Source: an uncultured Fidelibacterota bacterium (GTDB taxonomy: Bacteria > Fidelibacterota > Marinisomatia > Marinisomatales > UBA1611). From it: DNA of 64,000 nt. The notes beneath the pieces were generated by a model. That model was not told the DNA's origin, did not search any database, and saw only the letters and a program-made list of their open reading frames with translations. Both the position numbers and the translations under genes were made by a program. Shown here in pieces: positions 40,146-50,569 of this stretch; position 1 is the first letter of the stretch; every line of letters begins with the position of its first letter. The stretch covers positions 1-64,000 of the forward strand of contig CAJWHW010000004.1 of assembly GCA_913040915.1 (NCBI GenBank), written 5' to 3'.

Positions 40146-41255
40146 ATGAAAAAAACATTATTGCTTTTTACCCTGTTTATCATGTGCTGTGAGCCATTCG
40201 TTACCACCTTCCCAGACTCATCTGATGCAGTCATGTATGAAGCTACTGATAAGACCAATGTGGCTTATAGTGGAGAAAATATAAAAGTGATTACATGGAA
40301 CATCCGTTTTGGTGTTGGACGTTTTCCATTCTTTGGCGATTCCTGTGGTGATAGTGTTATTTTAGATGATGGTTCCATTGAAAAAATAATGTCTAACATA
40401 GCAGACTCCATTAATGCTATGAATGCTGATATTGTGTTGTTGCAGGAAGTGGATGTATCATCGAAAAGAACAGGCTACATAGATCAGGTTCAATATCTTT
40501 TGGACAATACCCACATGAATTATGGGTGTTACGCTTCCATGTGGAAGGCCGATTATATACCTAGTGGTGGCATTGGACGTGTTGATGCTGGGAATGCTAT
40601 TTTATCAAAATATAAACTTACAGATGCAGAACGAATCCAACTTAGGCTAAGAACAGATCAGGACGAGTTGATTCAGTATTTTTATTTAAGACGTAATATA
40701 TTAAAAGCAAAGGTCCCTGAATTATCACAAGGAGGAAAATCTTTTTATGCTGTGGATATCCATGCTACAGCTTTTGCAACAGATGATACCAAACAGCAGC
40801 ACATTGATAAATATGTTCAAACTCTAGCAACTATTCATAATAATGGTGATTATTTTGTTACCGGAGGTGATCTCAATTCTGTGCCACCTGGATCGGTTAC
40901 CGATTTTTGTGAAAGTGATATGTGTGAAGGAGATGATTACCACACTGAAGGTGCTGAAGAATATCATAAAGAGGGGAGCTATTTCGAAAACTTTGATGGT
41001 GAACCTGATCTGTTGCTTCCGCTTTATAACTCTTACAATGCGGCTATCGATTCGGCAGATGCAAATCTTCCTGGTCATTTTACCCATGGCCCGAGTACCA
41101 GTTATGAAATTAATAATATTAAATATGATAGAAAATTGGACTATCTTTTTACGAATAAAACTTGGGTAGATGGCGCATCCAGAACGCACCAAGCAGCCTG
41201 GGCACTAAGTGATCATATGCCGGTTAGCTCAATTATAAATATGGGAGGTGATTAA
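40146..41255 (+). CDS. Endonuclease/exonuclease/phosphatase (EEP) family lipoprotein
   Basis: Lipoprotein-like signal MKKTLLLFTLFIMCC; TWNI, LQEVD, GGDLN, LDYLF, SDH.P motifs. TTG at 40131 is an alternative start. Confidence 0.88.
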   Translation: MKKTLLLFTLFIMCCEPFVTTFPDSSDAVMYEATDKTNVAYSGENIKVITWNIRFGVGRFPFFGDSCGDSVILDDGSIEKIMSNIADSINAMNADIVLLQEVDVSSKRTGYIDQVQYLLDNTHMNYGCYASMWKADYIPSGGIGRVDAGNAILSKYKLTDAERIQLRLRTDQDELIQYFYLRRNILKAKVPELSQGGKSFYAVDIHATAFATDDTKQQHIDKYVQTLATIHNNGDYFVTGGDLNSVPPGSVTDFCESDMCEGDDYHTEGAEEYHKEGSYFENFDGEPDLLLPLYNSYNAAIDSADANLPGHFTHGPSTSYEINNIKYDRKLDYLFTNKTWVDGASRTHQAAWALSDHMPVSSIINMGGD

Positions 41256-42058
41256 TGGGCCGTATCATTTCTTCTATACTTCTTTCCTGTTATCTTATTG
41301 CAGAAACCAAAATTTGGGATTCCCATTCTGCTTACTTGCTTCCTCAAAAACGATGGGAAATAGGTTTGTTTCAGCCATTTAGATATGGCTATTCAGATAA
41401 ATTGGAATATAGTGTATATCCATTATGGTTTTTTGTCATGCCTAATATATCTTTGAAAAAGCCTTACAAGCCAATTGGCAGTTTCACAAGTGCATTTCAA
41501 TCTTCCTTGTTTTATCCAACGCCTTTTCTCAATATGATTGCTAAGAAAGATATTTTGGGTTTCATTTCTCCAGAATTTCAAATTCCACCCATGCTTGGTC
41601 TTTCTGGTACATTCCTTATATCTAATAATATAGCTGGGGTGGATTTAACTGTAAATGGTGGTTTAGACTTAGGCCTAGTGATGGGTGATTTGGATTATCG
41701 CTCCACTATTGATCTGCCCCTCGTGTATCATCGTTTGGGCGTGTATTACAACAATTGGGGAATGCATATGGGATTAGATATACAGAAAAGTATTTCATCA
41801 ATGATAGAAATTTTAGTTGATATTGATTACAGACTATTGCCTGAATTTCCTTTAAAACAGTTAGGAAAGAATTATTCTATAGAACATAAGCTTATTCTTA
41901 GTTGGAGAAAATCAGATCACTTCCGGTTAATAACCGGTTATAAATTTGTTATGGGAGAGTTTCCTTACGGTTCCGATATGCGATTACTACCCTATATACC
42001 CTTAGTTGAACGATGGGTACCCATAATTGAATTACAATGGGCTGGGAGAAAAAAATAA
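41255..42058 (+). CDS. Exported hypothetical protein, possibly an outer-membrane beta-barrel
   Basis: Signal peptide, alternating aromatic/glycine strands, terminal IELQW; TAATG coupling to the EEP gene. Confidence 0.55.
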   Translation: MGRIISSILLSCYLIAETKIWDSHSAYLLPQKRWEIGLFQPFRYGYSDKLEYSVYPLWFFVMPNISLKKPYKPIGSFTSAFQSSLFYPTPFLNMIAKKDILGFISPEFQIPPMLGLSGTFLISNNIAGVDLTVNGGLDLGLVMGDLDYRSTIDLPLVYHRLGVYYNNWGMHMGLDIQKSISSMIEILVDIDYRLLPEFPLKQLGKNYSIEHKLILSWRKSDHFRLITGYKFVMGEFPYGSDMRLLPYIPLVERWVPIIELQWAGRKK

Positions 42059-42075
42059 AATTAATCCAAATTCTA

Positions 42076-42798
42076 TTAGTTAAAAATTCGGTTTAACATT
42101 TCATATAATTCTGGGTTAGGGATTCCTTGCCCAAGATATATTTCATGCTGCTTGTTTTGCAGTATCATTTCCCAATGAAGATGAGATTGTTTTTTTGTCC
42201 CTAATGTGCTTGCTTTCATTCCAGTATTTCCTGACTTACCAATTACTTCATTTGCTAATACTTTTACTCCAGGTTTGATATTTTTTTCAATGTGGGATAA
42301 ATGCGCATAAATTGTAATGGTTCTAAACCCCGGAACAAGACCAAATCCATGATCAATAAAAATTGCTTTCCCTAATAAAACATTATTAAATATATCAGAA
42401 GGCGTTGAGCCCACTTTTCTGCTAGCCTCCAGCATGTTTACTCTAAAACTTGCAGGCACTTCCATATAACCATGATCTGCTCGTACGACAACACCATTTG
42501 CAACTGCATGCACTGCTGTTCCCCAATTTGCTAAAAAATCCACACCACGATGAATACCGCTTCGATTATCTCTAGGTGCATTTGGAAGATAACCAGACTG
42601 TTTTGGAACTTTGATATTTTTACATGGCAGAGCAAGTTGAAGAGAGTCAACCCACTTAGGATTAAAAATCTCTTTTTTGATTTCTTTGTCCTGTTTTACT
42701 GTGATTGAAGTTATAACGGAGAGACTTGAGTTTTTAGGACTCTCAGCTGATTGAGCAAGCATTATGGAGCCTCCAAATAATAGTATTTTTAATTTCAT
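42076..42798 (-). CDS. M23 family metallopeptidase
   Basis: HRGVD, YAHLS, IGKSGNTG, HLHWE. Confidence 0.9.
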   Translation of the reverse strand: MKLKILLFGGSIMLAQSAESPKNSSLSVITSITVKQDKEIKKEIFNPKWVDSLQLALPCKNIKVPKQSGYLPNAPRDNRSGIHRGVDFLANWGTAVHAVANGVVVRADHGYMEVPASFRVNMLEASRKVGSTPSDIFNNVLLGKAIFIDHGFGLVPGFRTITIYAHLSHIEKNIKPGVKVLANEVIGKSGNTGMKASTLGTKKQSHLHWEMILQNKQHEIYLGQGIPNPELYEMLNRIFN

Positions 42799-43226
42799 CT
42801 TTTTTGAGATAAAAGATGATCAATACCATTAATACATGCTGCAATAGGTTGCCCAGAGAATGAATTAATATATTTCCCTGTTAAAATAGATTCTGTTTCT
42901 TTACAACCTAGAAAAAATGGTTTTTCAAAGTAAACCATAGACGTTGGAATTTTAATCACATTTAATGTGTCTGCCACTGTCCAATCATACTTTGCCCAAG
43001 ATGTTGGAATCATCAATAATCCATCAGCCCAATTTCGGTTCCGTTGTAGAAAATTAATACATTGAAATTGCTTGTGGGTTTGGAAAAATTTTAGTTTTAT
43101 TTCTTTGCCATGGATATGCTTTCGAATGGCTTTATTTAATTTATCCAAAGTGAGCTGGTTCCCACTATCAGCGGATATTGTACCCAACAAATTCAGATTA
43201 GGGCCCTGTAGTATTAAAACATTCAT
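42795..43226 (-). CDS. Divergent type II dehydroquinase (AroQ)-like protein
   Basis: LILQGPNLNLLG N-terminus and FFQTH; the catalytic loop and VHLSN motif are not recognisable. Confidence 0.7.
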   Translation of the reverse strand: MNVLILQGPNLNLLGTISADSGNQLTLDKLNKAIRKHIHGKEIKLKFFQTHKQFQCINFLQRNRNWADGLLMIPTSWAKYDWTVADTLNVIKIPTSMVYFEKPFFLGCKETESILTGKYINSFSGQPIAACINGIDHLLSQKR

Positions 43227-43609
43227 TTTAAGGGAATCATATGACCCAAAATATACCCAATGATAATTCCGATCAGGAGGCCAAGAGTAACAATTCTGCT
43301 TTTAGCCAATTCGGTAGCATATCCCTTTTTGATTGCTATTCCTGAAACCACATAACCCATGGCGTTAAAAAACCAAAATACTGGTATAGAAACAATTTTT
43401 ATGATGATGGGGCCTACAATAGGTATCATCCCGATTAAAGCACCGAGACCAACGAACATCTGTGTAAAAATGCTAATTACAAATGTTACAAATACTACAA
43501 TCTTTTTATCAATACCAAAATATAGAGAAGTACAGATTCCTATAACTGCAATAATCCAACCAAGAATTTGTTTTTGGTATAGTTTTATAAATGATGATTT
43601 GTGATTCAT
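43223..43609 (-). CDS. Hypothetical membrane protein
   Basis: Several hydrophobic helices, IPIVGP motif; overlaps the next gene. Confidence 0.7.
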   Translation of the reverse strand: MNHKSSFIKLYQKQILGWIIAVIGICTSLYFGIDKKIVVFVTFVISIFTQMFVGLGALIGMIPIVGPIIIKIVSIPVFWFFNAMGYVVSGIAIKKGYATELAKSRIVTLGLLIGIIIGYILGHMIPLK

Positions 43610-43624
43610 GTTAGAAGAAAGTGT

Positions 43625-44059
43625 TTAGTATGCTTTAGAACCTATAAACATCTTCTTATATTTTAAAACTGAGTTAGAACTGTAGTATTCATCTGTTTCT
43701 TTTTCATCAATTATTAATGTAAGGATATTTTCATTTATTTTATATTTACCAATTGTTTTTTCTTTTTTCATATTTAAAGTTAATGCTCCGTTATTTGTTT
43801 CCCATATGCCCAATTCCGCATCTTCAAAACCTTCATAAATTCCTCGGGCACTGAATGACCCATCTTTTCGAAATGTAAATGTTTCTTGATAATAACTACT
43901 TTTATCAGTTGTTATTATCTCTTTCGGTTCACTAAAGTAAATAGTGGTCATAGTTTGATATTCCCAACTGCCAATGATTTCCTTATCTCTTTCTTGGGCT
44001 TGAAGTAGTATTGATAAAACTATAATACTATAACAGATTTTTGATATAATGTTTTTCAT
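43625..44059 (-). CDS. Secreted lipocalin-like beta-barrel protein
   Basis: Signal peptide, IIGSWEY, F..DGSF, G.W. Confidence 0.65.
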   Translation of the reverse strand: MKNIISKICYSIIVLSILLQAQERDKEIIGSWEYQTMTTIYFSEPKEIITTDKSSYYQETFTFRKDGSFSARGIYEGFEDAELGIWETNNGALTLNMKKEKTIGKYKINENILTLIIDEKETDEYYSSNSVLKYKKMFIGSKAY

Positions 44060-44111
44060 TTGAATTTCCTTAGAAACAAGTCCAAATAGAAATGAATTTT
44101 TATCGCGTTTA

Positions 44112-44810
44112 TTATTCCTTAATTAGTGCTGTAATTGGAAACCAAGCAGTTTTAAGTGATGCTTGAATAATTCTTTTAGGTATTTGGTTTGAAACCCATA
44201 TTTCTCTTATATTTTCCTCTATTACTATCTTTTCCATAAAATAATCAGACTGCGCATTTATTTTTGTAGTATTATCAATGATTTTAAGATCAAGACGATA
44301 ATAGTCACAAAAAATAGAATCATTACCATTCCAAACATTAACAGTATCAGCCCAAAGAAATCGTGCATTTCCAATCATACCTTCATGTTCATAAGGTAAC
44401 CACTTTGTATCAATTCTTTCTGCTTCAATATTTTGTATTAAGGATAGGAGATTCAGAATAGATCTTGTCGAGTCTGGTAAATTAATTTTGTTCTTTTTAT
44501 CGTAAACTAAAACTCCAGAAGAATCTAAATGTGCATTCAATTTCTGTTTGAAGTCACCTTGCTGTATCTTTTTTCCCCAGGATTGTAAAATGTAAGAATT
44601 AGTATCATGCTGGGCCTCATAGTAATTCTTAGTTGGCCATATCAAGTCAAAAACTCCTATGCTATACGTGTCAAATTTAATTTTACCTGATTCATTAATG
44701 GTTTGCTCTACATTAGCTACTGGAAAACCCCAAATAGATATTTCATATTTTTGTCCAATGCACAGATTAAAAAGTATGGTTAAACTGTATACTCTTTTCA
44801 TGGTTTCCAT
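44112..44810 (-). CDS. Hypothetical exported protein (DUF3108-like)
   Basis: Y.IS.WGFPVA start of the mature region, beta-rich; operon position. Confidence 0.5.
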   Translation of the reverse strand: METMKRVYSLTILFNLCIGQKYEISIWGFPVANVEQTINESGKIKFDTYSIGVFDLIWPTKNYYEAQHDTNSYILQSWGKKIQQGDFKQKLNAHLDSSGVLVYDKKNKINLPDSTRSILNLLSLIQNIEAERIDTKWLPYEHEGMIGNARFLWADTVNVWNGNDSIFCDYYRLDLKIIDNTTKINAQSDYFMEKIVIEENIREIWVSNQIPKRIIQASLKTAWFPITALIKE

Positions 44811-45886
44811 TTGAACTTATTAAAAATTCCCATACAGCCGATAATGGGAATGTAAAAAGGCTGGATAAGTGACCAAATTATATAGACACCAGGCTTGATT
44901 GATGTTTCAAAAAGCCTACCTCCTAGATATATAACTAAACCTTCAAAAATAAATTTGATTAAAAATACAAATCCCCATCCTGAGATTCCTAATATAGCAT
45001 AAAACAAAATAGTAATATTGGTCAAAAAAGCAGAAACTAAAAAAACGAAAAATAGAGGTCTAGATTGGATAATATTTCTTGAATTAGATGACCATCTAAC
45101 GCGCTGATTGATAAAGTCATAGATTGTACCTACCCCAAGAGTGGTAACAAAAGAATTGGGATCGATATTTATTAACCCATTCTGTACTTTGGAAATTGAT
45201 TGTACCAAATACATATCATCTCCGGATAGCTGATCTTTTACTGTTTCAAAACCATTGATTTTTTCAAAGTATGATTTTCTATAAGCTAAATTTTGACCGG
45301 TTCCTGACCAAAAATGATTCCATCCACCAGCACCTGCGTTTACTGCAATAATTCCTAGAAAATCAATACATTGATAATGATCAAAAAATTCTTCTCCTAC
45401 AACTTTTGAATAACCAATTGAAATTCCATCAGTTTGAAAAACGCTATAAACCATGCTTGATACCCAAAGTGATTTTACCCGACAATCTGCATCCGTAGAA
45501 ATAATCACATCACCTCTTGCAGCTTCTATGCCTAGTTTAAGGGCATGTTTTTTTGGAGTCATTTCTTCTGATTTTTTCTCCACTTTAATTTGTGTAATAA
45601 AACTATAATTTTTTTCCGCTTCTTCTAAAATAGATAAAGTTGAATCGTTGGAGCGATCATTAACAATAATTACTTCTATTTTATCAGTTGGATATTCTTG
45701 CTTGACAAGATCATGAATTAAATCCGGTAGATTCTTTTCTTCATTGCGAGCAGCAATCACAACTGAAACAAATGGTAAACTCGAAATTGCATTAATGGGT
45801 AATTCTGAGTGGCGGAATAATCCTAAAATAATAAAAGAAATAAATGCAAAATATAATCCTGCACTTATAATCAGGAAAAATGACAT
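44798..45886 (-). CDS. GT2 family membrane glycosyltransferase
   Basis: IAARNEE, DRSND, TDADC, SGDD, QRVRW. Confidence 0.9.
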   Translation of the reverse strand: MSFFLIISAGLYFAFISFIILGLFRHSELPINAISSLPFVSVVIAARNEEKNLPDLIHDLVKQEYPTDKIEVIIVNDRSNDSTLSILEEAEKNYSFITQIKVEKKSEEMTPKKHALKLGIEAARGDVIISTDADCRVKSLWVSSMVYSVFQTDGISIGYSKVVGEEFFDHYQCIDFLGIIAVNAGAGGWNHFWSGTGQNLAYRKSYFEKINGFETVKDQLSGDDMYLVQSISKVQNGLINIDPNSFVTTLGVGTIYDFINQRVRWSSNSRNIIQSRPLFFVFLVSAFLTNITILFYAILGISGWGFVFLIKFIFEGLVIYLGGRLFETSIKPGVYIIWSLIQPFYIPIIGCMGIFNKFKWKP

Positions 45887-45889
45887 GGT

Positions 45890-47260
45890 TTAAATTGAAA
45901 GGAGGTTCCCAGCAATACCGAAATAAAGTAACACACCTAATATATCAATGCTGGTTGTAACGAAAGGTCCAGTTGCAATTGCTGGATCAACATCAATTTT
46001 TCTGAAAATAAGAGGAATAAATGTCCCCATTGCAGCTGCAATGAGCATGGATGAGCAGATACTTAGGCCTACAACAATACCCAGCATTGGATCAGTATCC
46101 ATAAAGCTAAATTTGGCAAATAAACCAAGTAAGAGCCCGTAAAGAATACCTAATATCATTCCAACCTGAATCTCTTTAAAAAGAACCTTTAATTCATTGC
46201 CAGCCTCAATTCGTCCTGTGGCGATCCCACGGACAATGATGGTGGAAGATTGAGTCCCAATATTACCTCCCATTCCTATAATCACAGGAATAAAAGCTGC
46301 CAGTGAAATTATACTTTCCAACATATATTCAAAAGTGCCGATTACATTTGCAGCAGTGATACCGCCAATCCAAGAAGCAAATAACCAGGGTAACCGAGCT
46401 TTTGCATTGCCCCAGCTCGATTTAAGTAAAATTTCACGATCCTTACCAGCACCTGCCATTTGTAAAAAGTCTTCGGTCGCTTCTTGACGAATTACGTCAA
46501 CCACATCATCCACAGTGACAATCCCAATTAAATGATCATCTTCATCTAAAACAGGTACAGCTAAATAATTATATTGAGCAACAATTTGAGCTACATCTTC
46601 TTGGTCAGTTTCTGGCCGCACAGAATGTACTCGTTTTACCATGATGTCCATCAGGAGAGCATCCTGTGGTGTGGTTGCCAATGCACGGAGTGATGCTACT
46701 CCAACGAGCCGATTATCATCATCTGTAATGTAAAGATAAAAGACCATTTCTGCTTCTTCTTGATCTTGAAGCGTCCTTAATGCTTCACCACAGGTTGTAT
46801 TCTGATAAAGGGTAAAAACATTTGTAGTCATCATGGCACCAGCGGAATCTCCCGGATAGCCCATAAGTTCTTCAATCTCTTCCTGTTCTTCAGTTTTCAA
46901 TAAATCAATAACTGACTGTGCCTGCTCTTCTTCAAGTGTCCCTAGTATATAGCTTTGATCATTTGTTGAAGCATATTCAATTAATCTAGCAATCCTCTGG
47001 GGATGTTCTTCTATCAATAAATTGGCTATTATAGTATCATCCAGTTCAACTAAAAATTCAGCTGTATGTTCATTCTCTTTTAAGAGATTGAACACTTGAT
47101 ATTGTTCTTCATCATTAAAGTATCGAAATACAATTGCTAGATCTGCGGGATGCGTTTTATTAATTAGTTTGCCTAGGTTCGTATGGGCATGTCTGCGCAA
47201 TAATCGGCCAAAAGTATCCCTTAAAATAGTGATTTCATGCCTAAACATTTCTTTTTTCAT
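45890..47260 (-). CDS. mgtE: Magnesium transporter MgtE
   Basis: HPADLA, CBS pair, ARLPWL, GGNIGTQS, DPAIATGPFVTT..D. Confidence 0.95.
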   Translation of the reverse strand: MKKEMFRHEITILRDTFGRLLRRHAHTNLGKLINKTHPADLAIVFRYFNDEEQYQVFNLLKENEHTAEFLVELDDTIIANLLIEEHPQRIARLIEYASTNDQSYILGTLEEEQAQSVIDLLKTEEQEEIEELMGYPGDSAGAMMTTNVFTLYQNTTCGEALRTLQDQEEAEMVFYLYITDDDNRLVGVASLRALATTPQDALLMDIMVKRVHSVRPETDQEDVAQIVAQYNYLAVPVLDEDDHLIGIVTVDDVVDVIRQEATEDFLQMAGAGKDREILLKSSWGNAKARLPWLFASWIGGITAANVIGTFEYMLESIISLAAFIPVIIGMGGNIGTQSSTIIVRGIATGRIEAGNELKVLFKEIQVGMILGILYGLLLGLFAKFSFMDTDPMLGIVVGLSICSSMLIAAAMGTFIPLIFRKIDVDPAIATGPFVTTSIDILGVLLYFGIAGNLLSI

Positions 47261-48054
47261 TATCTAACCTTTATTTGATTGATTTCTTTAAATCCAAAAG
47301 CAGTCGCACCTAAAGCCATAATAATAATCCAAGGCGCTACATGACCATACCAAATATAGACACTTGATTCAGCTGTATTTGAAAATGAAAATAACATAGC
47401 TCCAGCATTATTCATCCCATGTAAGATCAAAGGAGGCAACACTGATCCTGTTCTCCAGGCTAAAAATCCCAAAAGGATTCCTAATAAATATATTTGTATA
47501 AACCAAAAAGGGTTCATGTGAATCATAGCGAAAAACAAAGCAGTAATTAGAATAGCCCGTGTAACATCTTTCCAATATTTTTCTAAAAATTGTTGGAGAA
47601 AACCACGAAACAAGAGTTCTTCACCTAAAGGTGCAATTAAAACAACCGCAACAAATAAAAGAATGAATCCACTGACAGACTCAGGTTGGAGTAGTCCGTT
47701 AAGGTCCACAATATAATCCGGTGCCGGTATAAACATTTGTACAATTCTATCAAGTTCATCTGATAGTATGATTACGCCAAAAGAAAAAAGAGTGGTAGAT
47801 ATAAATATTTCTTGAGAGATAGGATTTAATCTAAGTCGTTTGAAAAGAGGTTGTTTTTTGGAAATCAGGAACCAGAGCAAGGGAGCAACCATAAACCCTT
47901 GCCCAACAATAAAGGAAATAAATGTATAGAGCTTTTTTGAAGAATCCGGATTAGATAAACCAATCCCCAATACCAATCCACCAGCAAAAAAGGCAGATAG
48001 AATGGATAGCACTACAATGCCGAAAGCGGTTTGGATACTGAACGTATTGTTCAT
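47260..48054 (-). CDS. CPBP (Abi/CAAX) intramembrane metalloprotease
   Basis: EELLFRG, FAMIH, H..NN. Confidence 0.9.
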   Translation of the reverse strand: MNNTFSIQTAFGIVVLSILSAFFAGGLVLGIGLSNPDSSKKLYTFISFIVGQGFMVAPLLWFLISKKQPLFKRLRLNPISQEIFISTTLFSFGVIILSDELDRIVQMFIPAPDYIVDLNGLLQPESVSGFILLFVAVVLIAPLGEELLFRGFLQQFLEKYWKDVTRAILITALFFAMIHMNPFWFIQIYLLGILLGFLAWRTGSVLPPLILHGMNNAGAMLFSFSNTAESSVYIWYGHVAPWIIIMALGATAFGFKEINQIKVR

Positions 48055-48188
48055 AAGGGTCGGATTCCTTGGAATTCATTTAACAAAAATTACGATACTG
48101 AATCAGTTTTTTAAAAAGATGATTTATTAAATATCTATATCAATTCATTCAAATAAAAATTTGACTTGATTATATTATTTAATTGATA

Positions 48189-48935
48189 TTAAGGCTCCTT
48201 TCTAGAAAATTTATACATAAGAATAGAGCCAGCTACTGAAACATTCAGCGATTCTCCAAAGCCCTGTTTATTAATTGTTACAAATTCATGAAGTAGATTA
48301 CGAGATTCATCAGATAGGCCACGTGCTTCGTTGCCAAAAACTAAAACATAATTTTTGGGTACAGAAAATTGATCTGATGATTTTCCAGATTGATCTGCGC
48401 CAATTAAGGTATGAGATACAGTAAATTGGCTCAAAAAAACATTAGTATATATGGAAAGCCCAAAATGTGCACCCATGCCTGCACGTACAACTTTAGGATT
48501 AAATGGATCAACACAATCAGGTGATAATGCAATATGATTAAATCCAAAATATCCTGCAGATCGAATAAGTGTCCCCATATTTCCAGGGTCTGAAATTTTA
48601 TCAAAAAACACCCATTTTGGTATTGATTCATTTAGTGGTTTTGGTTTTGGTAATCGACATATAGCTGCAATACCTGATGGCGATTCTGTGAAAGATAATT
48701 TTTTCATAACTTTAGATGGAATACATGTCATCTCCACTCCACAAGCAAAGATTTTATCTTTAAAATCGGAATTATCCTTAAGGAATGAATGGGTAACATA
48801 AATGATCTCAAGGTTGGCTTGCATCTCTATCGCAGTTTGAACTAACCGTTTTCCTTCAATGAAATATTGTTGATATCTCTGCCGATATTTTATTTTTTCT
48901 AACGAATGTACTCTCTTTATTTCACTATTTATCAT
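48189..48935 (-). CDS. TrmH/SpoU family RNA methyltransferase
   Basis: DPGNMGTLIRS, FGNEARGL, ESLNVSVA. Confidence 0.92.
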   Translation of the reverse strand: MINSEIKRVHSLEKIKYRQRYQQYFIEGKRLVQTAIEMQANLEIIYVTHSFLKDNSDFKDKIFACGVEMTCIPSKVMKKLSFTESPSGIAAICRLPKPKPLNESIPKWVFFDKISDPGNMGTLIRSAGYFGFNHIALSPDCVDPFNPKVVRAGMGAHFGLSIYTNVFLSQFTVSHTLIGADQSGKSSDQFSVPKNYVLVFGNEARGLSDESRNLLHEFVTINKQGFGESLNVSVAGSILMYKFSRKEP

Positions 48936-49059
48936 ATCTGCTTGATAGTTTTACATATTGAAAATAACAGAATCTTCAATGATAAATCTAAAGAAATCTA
49001 CCTTGGTGTGTACAGCAGTCACCGGTAATTTTCCCTTCAATAATTAAGCATTTTATATT

Positions 49060-50526
49060 ATGAGCAAAGGATTACCCAATAGAGATACTGATTTTTCTGC
49101 ATGGTATACCCAAGTGGTACACCGTGCCGGGTTAGCTGATTATGGCCCGGTGAAAGGAACCATGGTCATTAAGCCTTATGGTTTCCAATTGTGGGACAAC
49201 ATTAAACAAGCATTTGATAAAATGATTAAAGAAACTGGGCATGTGAATGCCTATTTCCCTTTGTTTATACCAAAATCATTTTTGGCTAAGGAAGCTAAAC
49301 ATGTGGAGGGCTTTGCAAAAGAATGTGCGGTAGTAACCCATACACGATTAAAAGCCGATGATGATTATGGTGTCGTGGTAGACCCAGAGTCAAAATTAGA
49401 TGAAGAAATTATTGTTCGCCCTACATCTGAAACTGTGATTTGGTCCATGTATAAAAAATGGATTCAATCCTATCGTGATTTACCATTACTCATAAATCAA
49501 TGGGCTAATGTAGTACGATGGGAAATGCGAACAAGGCTCTTTTTACGTACATCAGAATTTTTATGGCAGGAAGGTCATACAGCCCACGCGACAGCAGAAG
49601 AAGCCCAAAAAGAAACACTAAAAATTTTAGAGCTTTATCGTCAATTAGCAGAAGATTACTTAGCCGTTCCCGTTTTTATTGGTGTTAAAACAGAATCAGA
49701 AAAATTTGCCGGAGCAGAAAAAACATACTGTATTGAAGCAATGATGGGGGATAAAAGGGCATTGCAGGCAGGCACCAGTCATAATTTAGGTCAAAATTTT
49801 GCTAAAGCATTTGATGTAAAATTTCAAACAAAAGATAATAGAGAAGAATTAGTATGGGCCACAAGTTGGGGGGTTAGTACAAGATTAGTTGGTGCTATAA
49901 TCTTAACTCATGGTGATGAAAAAGGTCTCCGGCTGCCGCCTAAAATATCCCCTATTCAATTAGTGATAATCCCTATTTCACGGAATGAAGAACAGGAAAA
50001 TGCTGTAAAAAATTATTTAGCTCCACTTGTTGAATCATTAAAGAAGATAGGTATACGAGTTCACCAGGATTGGTCTGATAATTCTCCCGGATTTAAATTT
50101 AATGAATGGGAAATGAAAGGTGTCCCATTACGCATGGAAGTTGGCCCACGCGATGTTGAAAACGGTAATGTGATTGTAGCTAGACGAGATACCAGTGAAA
50201 AATCTTTTTTATCTAAAAAAGATGCTTTAGATAAAATACCAGAACTATTAACTCAAATTCAGCAGGGATTATTTAATCAGGCAAAACAATTTCAAAATAA
50301 AAATACTCATTCTGTTGAAAGCTATGATTCGTTGAAAAAAGTAATTGAAAAAGGAGGGTTTGTCCGTTGTGGGTGGGATGGGACTGATAAAACAGAAGCT
50401 AAAGTAAAAGAAGAAACCAAAGCAACTATTCGATGTATTCTTATGGATGAAAACCCGCATGGATTAACTTGTATCTATTCTGGTAAGCCCGCAAAACATG
50501 AGGTGATTTACGCTAAAGCGTATTGA
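49060..50526 (+). CDS. proS: Proline-tRNA ligase (archaeal/eukaryote-like type)
   Basis: RPTSET, QWANVVRWE, FLWQEGHT, QAGTSH.LGQNF, SWGVSTR, C-terminal AKAY. Confidence 0.97.
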   Translation: MSKGLPNRDTDFSAWYTQVVHRAGLADYGPVKGTMVIKPYGFQLWDNIKQAFDKMIKETGHVNAYFPLFIPKSFLAKEAKHVEGFAKECAVVTHTRLKADDDYGVVVDPESKLDEEIIVRPTSETVIWSMYKKWIQSYRDLPLLINQWANVVRWEMRTRLFLRTSEFLWQEGHTAHATAEEAQKETLKILELYRQLAEDYLAVPVFIGVKTESEKFAGAEKTYCIEAMMGDKRALQAGTSHNLGQNFAKAFDVKFQTKDNREELVWATSWGVSTRLVGAIILTHGDEKGLRLPPKISPIQLVIIPISRNEEQENAVKNYLAPLVESLKKIGIRVHQDWSDNSPGFKFNEWEMKGVPLRMEVGPRDVENGNVIVARRDTSEKSFLSKKDALDKIPELLTQIQQGLFNQAKQFQNKNTHSVESYDSLKKVIEKGGFVRCGWDGTDKTEAKVKEETKATIRCILMDENPHGLTCIYSGKPAKHEVIYAKAY

Positions 50527-50569
50527 AGTTTTTTATAAGAAAAATCGAAAAAAACTTAATTAATTTAAC

